Shown: positions 13,445-25,719 of the stretch, in pieces | Position numbering within the stretch: the stretch's first letter is position 1 | How the letters are laid out: every line of letters begins with the position of its first letter | NCBI GenBank assembly: GCA_051942165.1 | Contig: JAVECS010000020.1 | Location: 1-43,680, forward strand | Length of the DNA stretch: 43,680 bases | Reading direction: 5' to 3' | DNA from: Circinaria calcarea | Taxonomy: Eukaryota | Notes under the pieces: model-generated | The model's input: only the letters and a program-made list of their open reading frames with translations | Database searches by the model: none | Told to the model about the DNA's origin: nothing | Made by a program: the position numbers and the translations under genes

Positions 13445-15143
13445 TTATGATTTGTTTTTTAGTATTTTAGGGCGGAGAAATGATGTACCTATGTGGAGGT
13501 CTTCTCCCTCATAATACCACGAAAAGTATTTATTAATGGCCTTTGCATACGCATAACAAATCTCTTGTTGTGGAGGCCCGAGTGTACGCTGAGAGAATAA
13601 GTCGGCTCTGTGAAATCTTGTGATCTCGTTCACGAAAAAATGCTTTCCCAAGGATTCAGCATTTATTAAAATACTGATGTCCAATCTAACTCCGATTTCC
13701 AATAACTCATAATTTTGAATCAGTTGTCTCGATTTCGGATTTGGTTGTAGACAAGAAGCGTGAATAAATATAGATCCTGGCGGCCATGGGTCTTACAATA
13801 AGGTGAGTCCCAATCTATTTCCCCAACGATTTGAACACCAATCTCCCCAAAATTTTCATTTCCCCATTTTGTAATCACGGTACGGAGGATCTTTCCGCGT
13901 CTGTTTGGAAGGGCTCCTGTTACGGCTTCGGCCACGATGAAGACCCTGAACCCGCCAAACTCATGCAAGAAAATTATGTACTCTTGATGAATCCAACGAT
14001 CCCCACCCGAGGCGTTACAAAGGGTAACAGGGACTCTCTGATTAGTAGGCGGTCTATCATATATTCCTGGTAGCACAGATACGTGAGAACCCCCCGCAGC
14101 TTCCGGATCGTTTTACCACTGATTTTTCTCCAAGTCCTGTATCCATTCACGACAATGCTCAGCATCGAGAGGCCCCTTCCCCGAGACACAGTAACAAGTC
14201 TTCGGGCGATACTTGTACGCGTTTCGGGAGATGTTTGCTATTGCGTCTAGTACCCGGATGTCACCTAATTTCTGCGGCTCTTGTAGCATTTCAGAAAGTG
14301 ACGGAAAACATCGACATGACACTTCGCGTGATGCTTGCTGTGCCATAACTGCATTGTGGATAGAAGCAATCATGGGGGGGGCCGGATCGATAGTCCAGTG
14401 CAAATAAATTACGCATCCACGGTCTAATCTAGGAAAAGCCTCGTACAGAGCACACGTCTTCTTAGCACTCTTGAATTTGCCTGGTGGAATGCGTGCCCAA
14501 AGGAGGTTCATCTGATAAATCAACCAGGCCCAGGGTTGTATCAGAACGTCTCTCTTACATGCATGTTTAAGATGCTGTATCATCACGACGCCTTGATGGA
14601 GTATTGGAATGGTGCTTTGATGATGTTCGTCAAGACCATAATCTCCAAAACCTTTACCGAGATTTTCTATTATTTGAGCCATTCGTCTTTGGCGTACATT
14701 GCATATTCGCTTTTATACCGTGCAGCTGCACCATACGCATCGATACCTAGGTTTGGATGTTCAGCCACGGACTCAATTTCTGGGATTGGTATCCAGATAA
14801 ACGTCAAGTCATGAGAAGATTGAACTTTAACGGAAGTGATTGTTTTCGCAAATGGCTATACAAGTAGCGAATAAGGGCCTCTCCGCGGATTTTGGATGGA
14901 TTTTCTTCATTCATCGCAAGTCGTTCTAATCAAATTATAAGTGTAAGAATACTTACTCTTGACATAGAATCCAACTTTATCTACTAGAGCCGATGGAACT
15001 GTGCTTACATCCTCTTCGACTATACTGGCATTACTATCACGTTCGGTTGGTAGCTTTTTGTGAATATACCGCAGGAGCGACGCCTGTTGGGCCGAGGAAA
15101 GAGCTTCCATCGCTAGCCATTTATTAACGGTAGAAATCAACAT
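13445..15143 (-). pseudogene. Degenerate fungal ATP-grasp-like protein
   Basis: Joining frames gives VVKRSGSCGG/SHVSVL, WIHQEYI..L.EFGGFRVFIV, EIGVRLDI and FFVNEITR, in ATP-grasp motif order. Frameshifts near 14120, 14090 and 13710, and TGA at 13720. 5' extent uncertain. Confidence 0.55.
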
Positions 15144-16310
15144 CGACTAGGAATTAGAACTACCTTTCGTGAACTCTATGATACGCGTTTTCTGACCCTT
15201 ATTTAGGACGCCAGAGCTAAGAGTAGCTTTGGACGGTTAAGATTTGCTAGCCATAATAATTTTAGAACTGCTGGCTATGAGACTACTCTCTTCTGCTCCT
15301 TATAATTATATGTTTTAAAAAGTGGTGTGGTTCGGATTATACTGCCTATCGTGTAACAGAAAGCGTTGCCCAGAGGATTAAACACACTGCCTTGCGATCG
15401 ATGTACTACAGATTCGAAAGTGTCAACGCGTAGTACACCACTTCTACAAAACAGCCTGCGTGACAAAACAAGCTGCGTAGTAGAAAGATGAATACTTGTT
15501 CTGGTTTATGTGGTGAGGGATGCGTGTGGGTTAAGCCAAGCCTTTACTAGCGCGAATTAGCCTCGGTCCGAGCGGGTCAAACAGAGCCTCATACGGAGTA
15601 GTTTATCCATATGGTACCATGACTCTCTCGCACTTGCCAGAAAACCGCGGACACAGATTTGCCGCCGACTGCACTCTGTATTTCTTTTTTTGCTAAGCGC
15701 GAGCGTGAGCACAAGAAGAATAAGGATCTGATATATACTAGCTTTCTGGATTGGCTGTCGAATAGGTCGAGTACGACAATACGGATTTGGATATCATGCG
15801 CACCATATGCGTTAATATCGACCTAGTCAAGCACCGCCGCGCGAATGGCTCCCTTCAAACAAGATACAAGACTGGCTTGGGTATCGAAATACTTGGCCGG
15901 AAAAGTCGAGTCATAACTGCATGAATACCGATGTCATACGCCATGCTGACTCACTCTGGTATTTCCAATTGACGCTGTTGGGTGGTGCTATTCGAATCTG
16001 TGTCGTCTGGCGTGTAAACACTTGCATCCAGTGTTGGAAATTAAGATGTGTCTAATTTCTTTCCTTTCTTTTGATATTGAACTTCCGGGTCTGGACCTGG
16101 GAGTTCTTGGATTGAGTTGTTGTTATTATCGATTTCCGAATCAGTGTCAGAATCGATCTCTGTGATGACACTGGACTCTTGTATTAGCCATGGAATGTGT
16201 AGGTTAGTTTCTAGCATGGGCTCCTCAATCAGCTGTCGAAGATCTGGTTCGCTGGGGTCGTAGAATGCTGTTTCGTTAAAAATGACATCTCGTGTGCGTA
16301 TAATCTTGCG

Positions 16311-17084
16311 TTATGATGGGATCCATATGCGAAAGATGTTTGCGGAATGGTATCCAACGAGGTGTCCTAGGTGAGCACGTTCGGCTAACCTCTGTTTGCG
16401 TGGTATCTGGTTAATAAGCGCGTATGCCTTACATCCAAATGCTTTGAGATATCCAAGGTAGGGCACTTGTGTAGTGGCCATCTCGTAAGGAGTTTTCCAC
16501 TTCTGTTTCTTAATTGGTGTTTTGTTGGCGATATACGCGGCGGTGCATATGCATTCCGTCCACATGTATTGCGGTATGTTGACGCTGATGCGCATGGTGC
16601 GTGCTTTGGAGGCTAGCATGCCTCCTTTGCGTTCTGCATGACCGTTCTGGTCAGATGTGTGTGAAGGAAACGTCTCGAAGGTAATGCCGCGTGCTGACAG
16701 TTCGTTTTGGAAGGCATAATCGAGAGTTTTCTCTCCGTCTGTGCGTATGAAAACGACATCTTGACCATATCGTTTCTTGATGAGTGCTAAATCGTCAAGT
16801 AGTATTTGTGGTGCATCGCTTTTTGCTCGATGTGTATGAACGATGTTGAAATCTGTGTATTCGCATGCTAGGTGCGAAGCCCATTGGTGGCCGTTGTATG
16901 CGATACTGAAGTGCATAAGGTCGAATGATATGCGTTGGAATGGCCTCGTGGGAGGTTCCGATTTATCTTGTAAACGTGAGACGATTCGATGTATCGTCGA
17001 AAGAGCACATGATTCGCATTCGTTCGTCTTTGGTATGGTGGATTCTTTATCCATGATTTTCACCCCCCCGGCTGAAGACTCCAA
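16311..17084 (-). CDS. Copia integrase core (part of disrupted pol)
   Basis: CESC zinc finger, DDE motifs (FD, TDG, AER) and the YHSANIFRIW SH3-like region. Confidence 0.9.
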   Translation of the reverse strand: MESSAGGVKIMDKESTIPKTNECESCALSTIHRIVSRLQDKSEPPTRPFQRISFDLMHFSIAYNGHQWASHLACEYTDFNIVHTHRAKSDAPQILLDDLALIKKRYGQDVVFIRTDGEKTLDYAFQNELSARGITFETFPSHTSDQNGHAERKGGMLASKARTMRISVNIPQYMWTECICTAAYIANKTPIKKQKWKTPYEMATTQVPYLGYLKAFGCKAYALINQIPRKQRLAERAHLGHLVGYHSANIFRIWIPS

Positions 17085-17500
17085 CGCTTGGTGGATTCAG
17101 CTGATGCGTGACCGAGTATATTATGCCACTCATGCGCAGTCGCAGTCTTGACGGCATGGTGTGCTTGTGTTGTTGTGGGCGACGGGTTCGACTTCATGTT
17201 GTCCTCTAATAGGTAAAGTCCTCCCCAGCTCTTCACGTATGCAATGCATTTGCCATTCAGAACAAGCCATTTGCGTTGTAGTTACCAGTCCACCCCTTTA
17301 GCCTCTGCCTTGTGCAAGGAAACTAGGTTAGCAGGGTAGTCAGGAACGTATGCAACGTCCTGAAGGCGTATGGTGTCTGCTCCGCTGTCTGATGTGATGT
17401 TGATACTGAGTTCTCCATAACATTCGATTGGCATTCTGATACCTGATGTTATTGAGTCATTTGGGTGTGCTGGTCTAACTAACCTTTGTAAGACGGCTTC

Positions 17501-18694
17501 TCATGCTCTTGTTGCATATGTGTGAGTCAGATCCTGGATCGAGTATTCATGAATCTTTGAACGGTGAGTCGTTCGTGTTCGTATGGTAGGAGCTGACTGC
17601 TGTGAAAGCGGCGGTCTCTCTCGGTTTGGTAGCGGCGCTGCCTTCTGTATTTGATGTGTTGTTGTTTGCTTTCTGTTTGGCAATCTTATTCGATTTTTCG
17701 ATTTTTCGATTGCAGCATCGACTCTCTGTTTCATTCTTTGATCTTTAAGCCTGTCGTTCACCTTGATCTGGATGTCCCTGTTTGACGTCCATCCGCTTGG
17801 TCTGCGTGCCTTTGAGTTGAGATATGGGCAGTCACTCCACCAGTGTACGCCTCCGCATAGGCATTCTCGTGGTTGCGGTGATGGCTTTCGATTTATATTG
17901 CGTCCTTGGTAACTAGGACTCTCTGGCTGCTGATCGATTGATTGAGTTTGGAACGCTGAGTGATGCTTCGTCTTATCCTTCGATGATGTTGATGCCACGG
18001 CCTCGTACTGCTGTCGTTGCTTGAACTTGGATATGACTTCGAAGAGATCTGTAAGTAATCCATCCTCTAGCTTTTCCATTTGTATGTCCGAGAAGCTCTT
18101 ATCCTTCTTCGCAATGGCGATGAGAAAGTCAAGTATGGCTTCTTGTTCGTTTGATACCTCTGAAAGTTGAAGGGTTTTTGCTTGTGATATGGTGAGGACA
18201 TAGTCGTCTAACCATTTGTCGATGTTTTCGTTGTTCGAAGGTCCTTCTCTCATCGTAAGAAGCTTCTTCTTCAACTCGTATGTTCTGGTTTTGTCACTGA
18301 GTGACAGTCGTTGTCTGAGAGCTCTGAGTATGCTCCATGGGTGTGATTCAGTCTCTTGTAGGTACACGATGTTGCTGGCAGCAATAGTGTCCTGTATGTA
18401 TGTGGTGAGATCGGCGAATGCCTTCCTCTCTTTCTCGTAATCATCGAGTTTGAATTTGTAGATGTCCTTGTCGAGTTTGAAATCTTCAAGAGCAGCTTTT
18501 TGCTCGTCCCTTGGAAGCTGTTTGATTGCGTCGACATCTGGTCTTTCCGGTTTCTGTATGGAGTCTGGTTTGGAGGTGAGTGATGGGTTTACCTTCTCCC
18601 AAATTCCTAATTGGTCTGCCTTGATGCGTATGATTGAGATCCATGATGCCCAATCAGCTGGTTTAGCCAGGATGAGTTTCTTGGCGCTATCCAT
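17501..18694 (-). CDS. Copia Gag
   Basis: N-terminal IL...DW..W motif and a CCHC-type knuckle. Lies between the PBS and the protease. Confidence 0.85.
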   Translation of the reverse strand: MDSAKKLILAKPADWASWISIIRIKADQLGIWEKVNPSLTSKPDSIQKPERPDVDAIKQLPRDEQKAALEDFKLDKDIYKFKLDDYEKERKAFADLTTYIQDTIAASNIVYLQETESHPWSILRALRQRLSLSDKTRTYELKKKLLTMREGPSNNENIDKWLDDYVLTISQAKTLQLSEVSNEQEAILDFLIAIAKKDKSFSDIQMEKLEDGLLTDLFEVISKFKQRQQYEAVASTSSKDKTKHHSAFQTQSIDQQPESPSYQGRNINRKPSPQPRECLCGGVHWWSDCPYLNSKARRPSGWTSNRDIQIKVNDRLKDQRMKQRVDAAIEKSKNRIRLPNRKQTTTHQIQKAAPLPNRERPPLSQQSAPTIRTRTTHRSKIHEYSIQDLTHTYATRA

Positions 18695-18831
18695 GGCGTT
18701 TTAAGTATGTGTTGCCTCGAGTCAGCGAGTACTGGATTGTATTGATTCTGGTGATCGACTTTGTGTCGGATTGATTGGGTGAGTACTTGAATAAACGAGT
18801 CCTCTTTTTGTGTTGGTAATCGCGCGTTGTA

Positions 18832-19058
18832 CTGTGGTCGCAGGGGAAATTGCTCATAGCTCGGCGCTAAAGTCACTAGAATTCTCACCCAGACTATTAA
18901 AATTTTCAGGTATTTTGACTCCATCTCCTATTCTGATTGGTTCAATTGGTATGCATACGAAATACTAGAAGTAAATAAGAAATATTTTCCGGAGTTTAAC
19001 TATATTAGGCATTGATTTACTAGCGCCGAGCTATGAGCAATTTCCCCTGCGACCACAG
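18832..19058. mobile_element. MITE (Tc1/mariner type), 227 bp, inserted in the Copia leader
   Basis: Perfect 38-bp TIRs ctgtggtcgcaggggaaattgctcatagctcggcgcta (18832-18869 and 19021-19058), with TA on both sides. Confidence 0.92.
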
Positions 19059-19084
19059 TATGGTCACGATACCAGGCTCATAAC

Positions 19085-19584
19085 TGTTGAAACTTTTTGC
19101 CACTGCACCAAAAGGGGGTACCCCGCCCTTAGGCAGGCTGCGTAAACGTATATAGTTTGACAGTATGCTGTGTACTGGTCTACAAGTATATCAGTCATTA
19201 ATGCTATCTGCCAATACCCTGTTTTGCCAAGCTTACTAACGACCGATATGCTTGTACTTGGTCGCAGGGGAAATTGGTGCTAGCTCCGCGCTACAACCAC
19301 TAAATTTTATGATTATTTGACCGATCTTACTGGTAGACAAAGAGGCTCTAACTACATCAAATGCTGATTTACTAGCGCGAAGCTAGCACCAATTTCCCCC
19401 TACGACCAAGTACGGCTGTGGAGTACTCCGGGCTCCACTGCGGTCGCAGGCATATCAGTTGTAGGTACGATCTGCAGCGGTGGGACCGGTTCTGCAGGGT
19501 CGCGCCCTTGTAAACCATGGTTCAATGCCCATGTTTTCAGTGCATCTATGCAGATCGCGCGAGAAACTGTAACGTGCCTTGACA
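19085..19584 (-). repeat. 5' LTR of the Copia element, carrying nested insertions
   Basis: The minus strand reads TGTCAAGG...AAGTTTCAACA directly before the PBS. The termini resemble the solo LTRs at 30899 and 31216. The outer boundary is inferred. Confidence 0.6.
19257..19410. mobile_element. MITE related to the 18832 element, 154 bp
   Basis: Near-perfect TIRs cttggtcgcagggggaaattggtgctagctccgcgcta / tagcgcgaagctagcaccaatttccccctacgaccaag, with TA on both sides. Confidence 0.9.
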
Positions 19585-19999
19585 GCTCCGATCAACCCGT
19601 AGCTTAGGGCTTAGAAACTTCCAATTGGCAGGGGAGTATGGTATAGTCCAGCAAATCAGGATACTTCCGGATCAACACTGAGAGTGGACCCAAGATGTCA
19701 AGAGATTCGATCATCACGGTATTGCTTAACTATAAATATGGAAAGCTACGCTAGAAAGGGACTAGTCTAGTTTATACCAGATGCATTTGAGTTTTAAGCA
19801 ATGGTTGAATCAGAACCGAGAATCAATAATATATATACCGACTAACCGAAGATAAACCAAACCGAAAGGAGAACAGATTAAGAAACAAATATCACTCCCA
19901 GAAACACATATTTGTATACATTACGGTAGAAACAAAAGCTTCCGAAAGAATAAGCAATCTGACTGCGTTGACGGTAGAGAATCAAGTCGAGGAATTGAA

Positions 20000-21430
20000 C
20001 TAGTATAGTAGACTTTCCGAGTGTTCGCAAAGCGAGCTGCTAAGCAATGCAAGATCCGGCCCGCTCTCGAAATCACTGTTAACACAGGGTCCGCTATCCA
20101 CCCGATCAATACATCCAGTGATATCTGTAAAGGAATAAGGACTTGTACCGGAATATAACAACTGGCCGGTCGAGCTCGAAGTGATCGAGTAATTAGGGCC
20201 GCGGCTGCTGCTCAGGCCGTATAGATCCATCCCCATAACCGGGTCATGTTCGAACTCGAAAAGTACTGGCTTATCCCCCTCAATAATCTTTGGGTAGAAT
20301 TTCTGATTCTCCAACGCTTTCCTCAGTTTTGCGTGTCTTGTAGCCTTTCCGCCTTTGACGCCAGCTCTCTGGCGCTGAATAAGTGCTGGTGTGGTTTTAC
20401 CTAATTTCTTCCCGGGGACGATGATGCGATATCTTGTCGTACTTTCAACACCATTCGCGAGGGCAGAGGGTTCAAGTACCCAGATGAAACCTTTTTTGGA
20501 TTCGTCACCGGGAGGAGACTGGTTAACCTTTTTGAATGCCTAAACTTCATTGTCAATAAAGGGCCTTGAATACACCAAAAAAAGACTTACACCATTCATA
20601 GAGAGGTTATGCCTAATACTGTTCTGCCAGCCCTTTAATTCGGGATCCTTAGCCTTATCAGTGTTTTTCTCGAACCATTCGTATATATCTTTCAACACCA
20701 TCCGATGATCTTTGGCACTTTTCAGCGCTTGATAGATGAGCTGCGAATATGGCTCGGAATTGACACCTCCGTCAGCATCACTCTCCTCGACATGAAGGCC
20801 GGCGGGATTGCTAATGACTTCATAACTGTCTGTAGGCTCGGGGGTAATGGCCGGACGCATTCTTGACATTTCAGCAAGAGTAGAGCGTCCGAACTGAAAT
20901 CGCTGGTGGGGTGCCATCGACGAGGGGGAGGGCGCCAGATGCTTTGAAGGGTCAATATAGTATGCCGAGGGCGGATGAGCTTGCAATATTGATCCCACGC
21001 CAGTCTCCACCGCCGTATATGTTTCTTGACCAAAGGTATGAGGACACGTCATCGCCAAGTAGTGATCCCTTTGGTCATGCGGCACTCCATCGTCCAAGTG
21101 AAAAGCTCCGAGTTCTCTCCCGTTCGAGTCTTGCCCGTAAGCGCTTACATTGTAGATCTCATAGAGGTCCTGCGTGCATAATGATTCGTACAGCCCGTTG
21201 TTTGGGACTCCTAGACCTTGTTGTCCATTCCAATTCGGCGTGGTTGATGATGAGTTTGGAGAAGTGGCTCCATTGTGGATAGAAGGAAATGTCGAGAGTG
21301 AGATACAATCCTCTTCATGAACCATGTTGCTGTTGGCAAAGTGGCGATCTTGGATATCAGGTAAGATGTTTGGTGGCCTTTTTCTCCGTGGTCTTTGAAA
21401 ATCATCAACTGAGATAATTCCCTTGAGCAC
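20000..21430 (-). CDS. Forkhead-box transcription factor, apparently intact
   Basis: EPYSQLIYQAL...LKDIYEWF...GWQNSIRHNLSMNG, intron 20590-20540 (GTAAGT...TTTAG), then AFKKV...KKGFIWVL...GVESTTRYR in frame with ORF 20000-20314. True start or upstream exons uncertain. Confidence 0.9.
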
Positions 21431-23246
21431 AAAGAAGATAACGGATGGTGTTGTGTGAAAGCATTATTGTCTCTTCCTATTAAATGGACAATAAAGCGGA
21501 AATTTTAGCATAGTACAAGAATAGACACTGTCCGGTCCAGTAACTGCTATGCAGTAAATAATGATGTGTCCAAAGCATCTTTCGGAATACATAATATGAG
21601 ACGACAATCTTGATGAGCATATTGGCCCTGTGGAATAGAGCACCGGTCTGACAGATCGACCGGTTTCCGTCATGCAATCAGCCATTGCAGATGTCCAGGT
21701 ACATATGCAGAATACTGGTCTGCCCTGATAATTATTGCAGCAAACAACACCTCGAGATTGAAACTTGGAAACATTGTTTGAGATCTTCATAATGTTTTAG
21801 CACGCCAGTGATTGCCTGCATATAAGCTGCGGGTATCCACGTGCTAGCAAAGGAGTGGATGTGGATGGGGTACCATATGTGATATTTACATGGTACAAGG
21901 TTCCTCGTGGCATAAGGTTTGCAGCTTGCGATTGGCAAGAAGGAATGCTCCAACCAGTCATTAGTTTCCCGATCAGCGCCAGGGTCGAATCCGTCTGGAC
22001 TTTTGCCCTACAATCAGTGCACATGGTAGAGCCGGAAGTCGCCATAGCTGAGGTAGATGCTGTGCTGGAAAGCGGCTTCAATTCCGGTTGGGCACATCTC
22101 TCTTGGATCAGTCACCGTGTTGCGAGTGTCCCTCCAGCAATTGATGTGTCGGCTCGGACTCGGCGTGCCATCTCCATCTCCGACTAAAGCCGTTCTTAGT
22201 GACTGTCGATGGCAAGTTTCACCAGTGGGAGGAAAACAATCTGGTACAAACTCCGCAGAGATCGCCGGTGGAAAGTTGACTTTGCTAGGGTGGTTGGAAA
22301 CGCAGTTAGTTTCGGTATTACCCATGCGCTAACTAGAGCTTAGCCATCATGGATCATTCAGCCCGATAAAAGCACCATCTGTTCTCCTACTAACGGCAAC
22401 ACCATCAAATGGAACTTCGTCACATAAGCCTATCTCCATCTACCTCTACCTTTCCATCCCAAGACTGACTACGATTGTCATACAGCATTAACCTCTCCGC
22501 TTTTAACATCGTTCTCGTCAATAACAACAAAGTCAATCCCTCCGTCTCTAAAACCGTTGGCTCCAAAGTCAAGACCTCTGACAACTTCTATGAAATTGAT
22601 AGCTTGAAGGGGAGTCTCCGGCTAGGGCTACCAGATTAACCTTATATCCATCGATCTGAACCTTGCTGTACTCGCCTAGTTGGTTAGTTCGCCCTTTTGA
22701 TAAGGCCAAGTCCTCCAGCTCGTCCCTATCTTCTGCTTCCACTGCCTCTACCGCCTCCACAACTTCAGGTTAGTCTTGATTCTGGTCGGCGTGATTATAA
22801 TTAAAGATTTTGCAAACACGCGTCATCGTGTACAATTTGCTGACTGCACAACTATAGCCTCTGCCACTGCCTCCAAGTCGTCCATGCTCCTTGCCTCAGC
22901 ATCCGCTGCTTCGACTTCTATTCAACTTGTTGGCAGGTTTTTGAGGGGACGGCCCACGGATCTCGGGGGGAGGCTGGGGTTCTTGGGTTTTCTTTTGTTT
23001 TTTCCTCTAACTCACACCCGGTGTCAGTGTACCTTGGTAGGGTTGCAATTGCCTTGCGACTAAGCGGTCCTCTACTCTTTCTTTGGCCTTGAGTTCTGTT
23101 GGCGTCAGGGTGGCTAGTGGGATGCGCTGGGAGGTCTCAGTCTGGCTTAACTCGTGAAGGAATTGGTCGGAGTTGGGTAGGGTAGATCGGGCTATCGCTG
23201 AGCCGAAGGCGGAAGCGTCGGTAGCGGAGGACTCACAGTATAGTTC

Positions 23247-23490
23247 CAGCGCTGCCAGTAGTCTCAACGATGCAGTCCAAAGGGTAGACCGGGACTGCCA
23301 AGGCTTATATAGATATAGCGTAGTGGGCTCCAAATGAGCAGATATACTACGTATTTGATGCCCCCTCTTGCTAATCATGATATGTGTAACAAATATTGTA
23401 TTCCGCCGCCCCCGTCGTAGTGCTCTATTCCTCCGCTCCTCCCTTAGTAGATCCACCTCTTGTTATTCATAGGCCACTTCTAGCCAGGTT
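23247..23490. mobile_element. Single end of the TIR element family seen at 41574-42294
   Basis: Begins CAGCGCTGCCAGTAG. 23291-23490 aligns with the reverse complement of about 41975-42175 (cgtagtgggctccaaatgagcagatata...cttgctaatcatgat). Confidence 0.75.
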
Positions 23491-23499
23491 GTATCGGAG

Positions 23500-23810
23500 T
23501 AGGATGAGAGGCTGCTCCAGGGAGCTCGACCGCGAAGCCTCAAAGGCCATGCACCTCTGGGTGACCCGGTATGCTCTGACAATCATGTCAAAGGAGTGGG
23601 AGCAGGTGAAGAAGTGGGTAGAGGAGGGGGCATAGGGCCGGAAGAGCCTGGCTGCGTTCTTCATTGCAGCTTGCCAATCCAATTCGCACTCCCTTATCGG
23701 CATTGGATGTCCGAATTCTATATAGAGGGAACTCCTTTACCCCTATCTCTCATCCACCCTCGCTGGCTACTCGACGGGCCCCCTACGGACGGAGCGCGGG
23801 CAGTGTCTTG
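23500..23810 (+). mobile_element. MULE transposase C-terminal (SWIM-like) fragment
   Basis: LDREASKAMHLWVTRYALTIMSKEW followed by PGCVLHCSLPIQFALPYRHWM...PLPLSLIHPRWLLDGP. Confidence 0.65.
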
Positions 23811-23969
23811 GAGGTAAGAGGCTCCAGGTATTTCTTCGTTGTCTTCGACGTCTTCCGTGCTCTCCGCCCGCCCCCTCCGCCCCCTCTTGGCATTATTTAG
23901 CAAAGGATAACCCACTTCTCTTTTACTTCAAATTTGCAATCATCATAGCTGCTTCTGAACCGTTTAATT

Positions 23970-24230
23970 ATATAACAGCAGCATCACCTGCTGCTGCCAC
24001 TTGCTCCAATCCTAATCTCGCGTTCTTGCATCCGCTTCCGCTTGACCTTGGGTCAAGCTTCGCTAGGCTGGCAACTAAGCCCTTCGCTTGATCGGAAATC
24101 GCCACATATGATCCGGATACTATCTTATCGTGCCATACCAAAGCATTCATATAATGGAAGATGTGGGTGAATGCCTCCGACGATTCCGAGGATATATAGC
24201 AAAAGTACCTTGTCTGCTTGTCGTCCCCCT
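23970..24230 (-). mobile_element. MULE transposase catalytic-domain fragment
   Basis: FCYISSESSEAFTHIFHYMNALVWHDK...VAISDQAKGLVASL, clearly paralogous to the fragment near 11.6 kb. Confidence 0.7.
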
Positions 24231-25719
24231 ATTGCTTTGAGCTACTTATGACGCGTCTTAGTTCGTGCCGGCAATGATTCCCGCATGCTGTAAAGTTATA
24301 GCACATCTTTCTCGCTCGATCATGGGGTAGGTTAATATAAGGCACCTACGATATCGCATGGCAAGCCCCCTAGAGACGGGGTCGTCCGAAATCGGAGATG
24401 AAGCTATCGTGAATATGCGTAGGTGGATCCTTCCCCGGCCTAGCCCCGATAATCGCCCTTCACTACTTGCGAGGGACGATTCATCCGGGCAGTCATCCGC
24501 CGATTCAGATGGGTTAGCTTCTTCTCCCTCTCCTCCTCCCAGCACCGACTTCCTACTCGCTCTCTATCTGCTATCCTGTTCCCTGGTCGTCAGATCATTT
24601 TTCCCGGTCATCCCTCCTTCTGCCAGTGTATATATGATCAGCTCCCCACCCTTTCTGCCCCGCCTCCGCACCTTGCATCGGCCATGCCCTGTCCGGGCCC
24701 AAGCTCGAAATGCCACCTTACACCCGCGAGCATTTCTCTATATTACAAAAGCTCGGCAGGAACACGTGTCGTCAACCTGCCATCTGTGTCCATCCCTGGT
24801 GAGCCAGGAATCTTTGAGATGGCAACAGAGTTTCTTGATACTGGAGGCGGACAGCGTTTCTGACCTCAGAAACCTGGCCACCCACCCGTCCTTGATAAGA
24901 TGTACTGGCCCGAAGATAGACTCAAGTAAGCTAACAATCCTCCATTCGAAGCTATAACGGTCCCGACTAGGGCAGGATCGCAGGGCCCGTAACAGAAATG
25001 TTCTTGGAGCAAATCCGTAACTGCTGGATTGGAAAAACATAGAGCACCTACGACCACAGTACATAGAAAGGCCACTCCACCACGGGCCCTGAATAAATCA
25101 AGTGCTACTCGGCGTAACAGTTTCGAGGGCATTACTCTGACTGAAAACACTCATGATGCTGTGCCGCATCTTGGTGCGGCGCAATGAACGTGGATCATAT
25201 CGCGCAATCTAGGTACGCTTTGTTGGTCATTTTTGATGGCGTTGCAGCTGAGATAATCCCCTACTAATTGAACAAGCCCTATGAGTACGAATCAGGTCCA
25301 GCCTGCGTCGGTATTTACATGCCATAAATCCATTGCATTCGATAACTTGGAGGAGTTATTACTGTACCTTCGCCAGTGGCATCAAAGTAATCCAAATCTT
25401 ATCCCACCAGGGGCACTCCGTTTACACATGTCAACATTCAACAACAGCAAACCAAAGAAGGTAGAACTAGACAAGTTGTTTACTTATTATTGATAAGAAC
25501 TACATGGGACGGATACTGAAATGCTCAAACGGAAGAATTTATTATTTTTAGTATATTAGGTCAAACCCTACGGTTCTGAAATACCGAATATGGGCCGGTG
25601 AAGAGCTTGGGTTTATGAGAGATTGCATCCTATCTTACACGCCTGAACTTCTACTACTTCAAGAACACAAGCCAAAACTTCGAGTCGTACATTGCGATCT
25701 ATCTCGCGAGCTTGCAAGC

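Larger units (their letters stand above)
15850..19584 (-). mobile_element. Truncated Ty1/Copia LTR retrotransposon (5' LTR, PBS, gag, protease, integrase; RT and 3' LTR missing)
   Basis: Gag 17501-18694 with knuckle CLCGGVHWWSDC. Frameshifted protease ILDPGSDSHICN. Integrase 16311-17084 (ISFDL, IRTDGE, QNGHAER, FGCKAY, GHLVGY) followed by IIRTRDVIFNE. The PBS-like GTTATGAGCC follows the LTR end CA at 19085. Confidence 0.9.
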
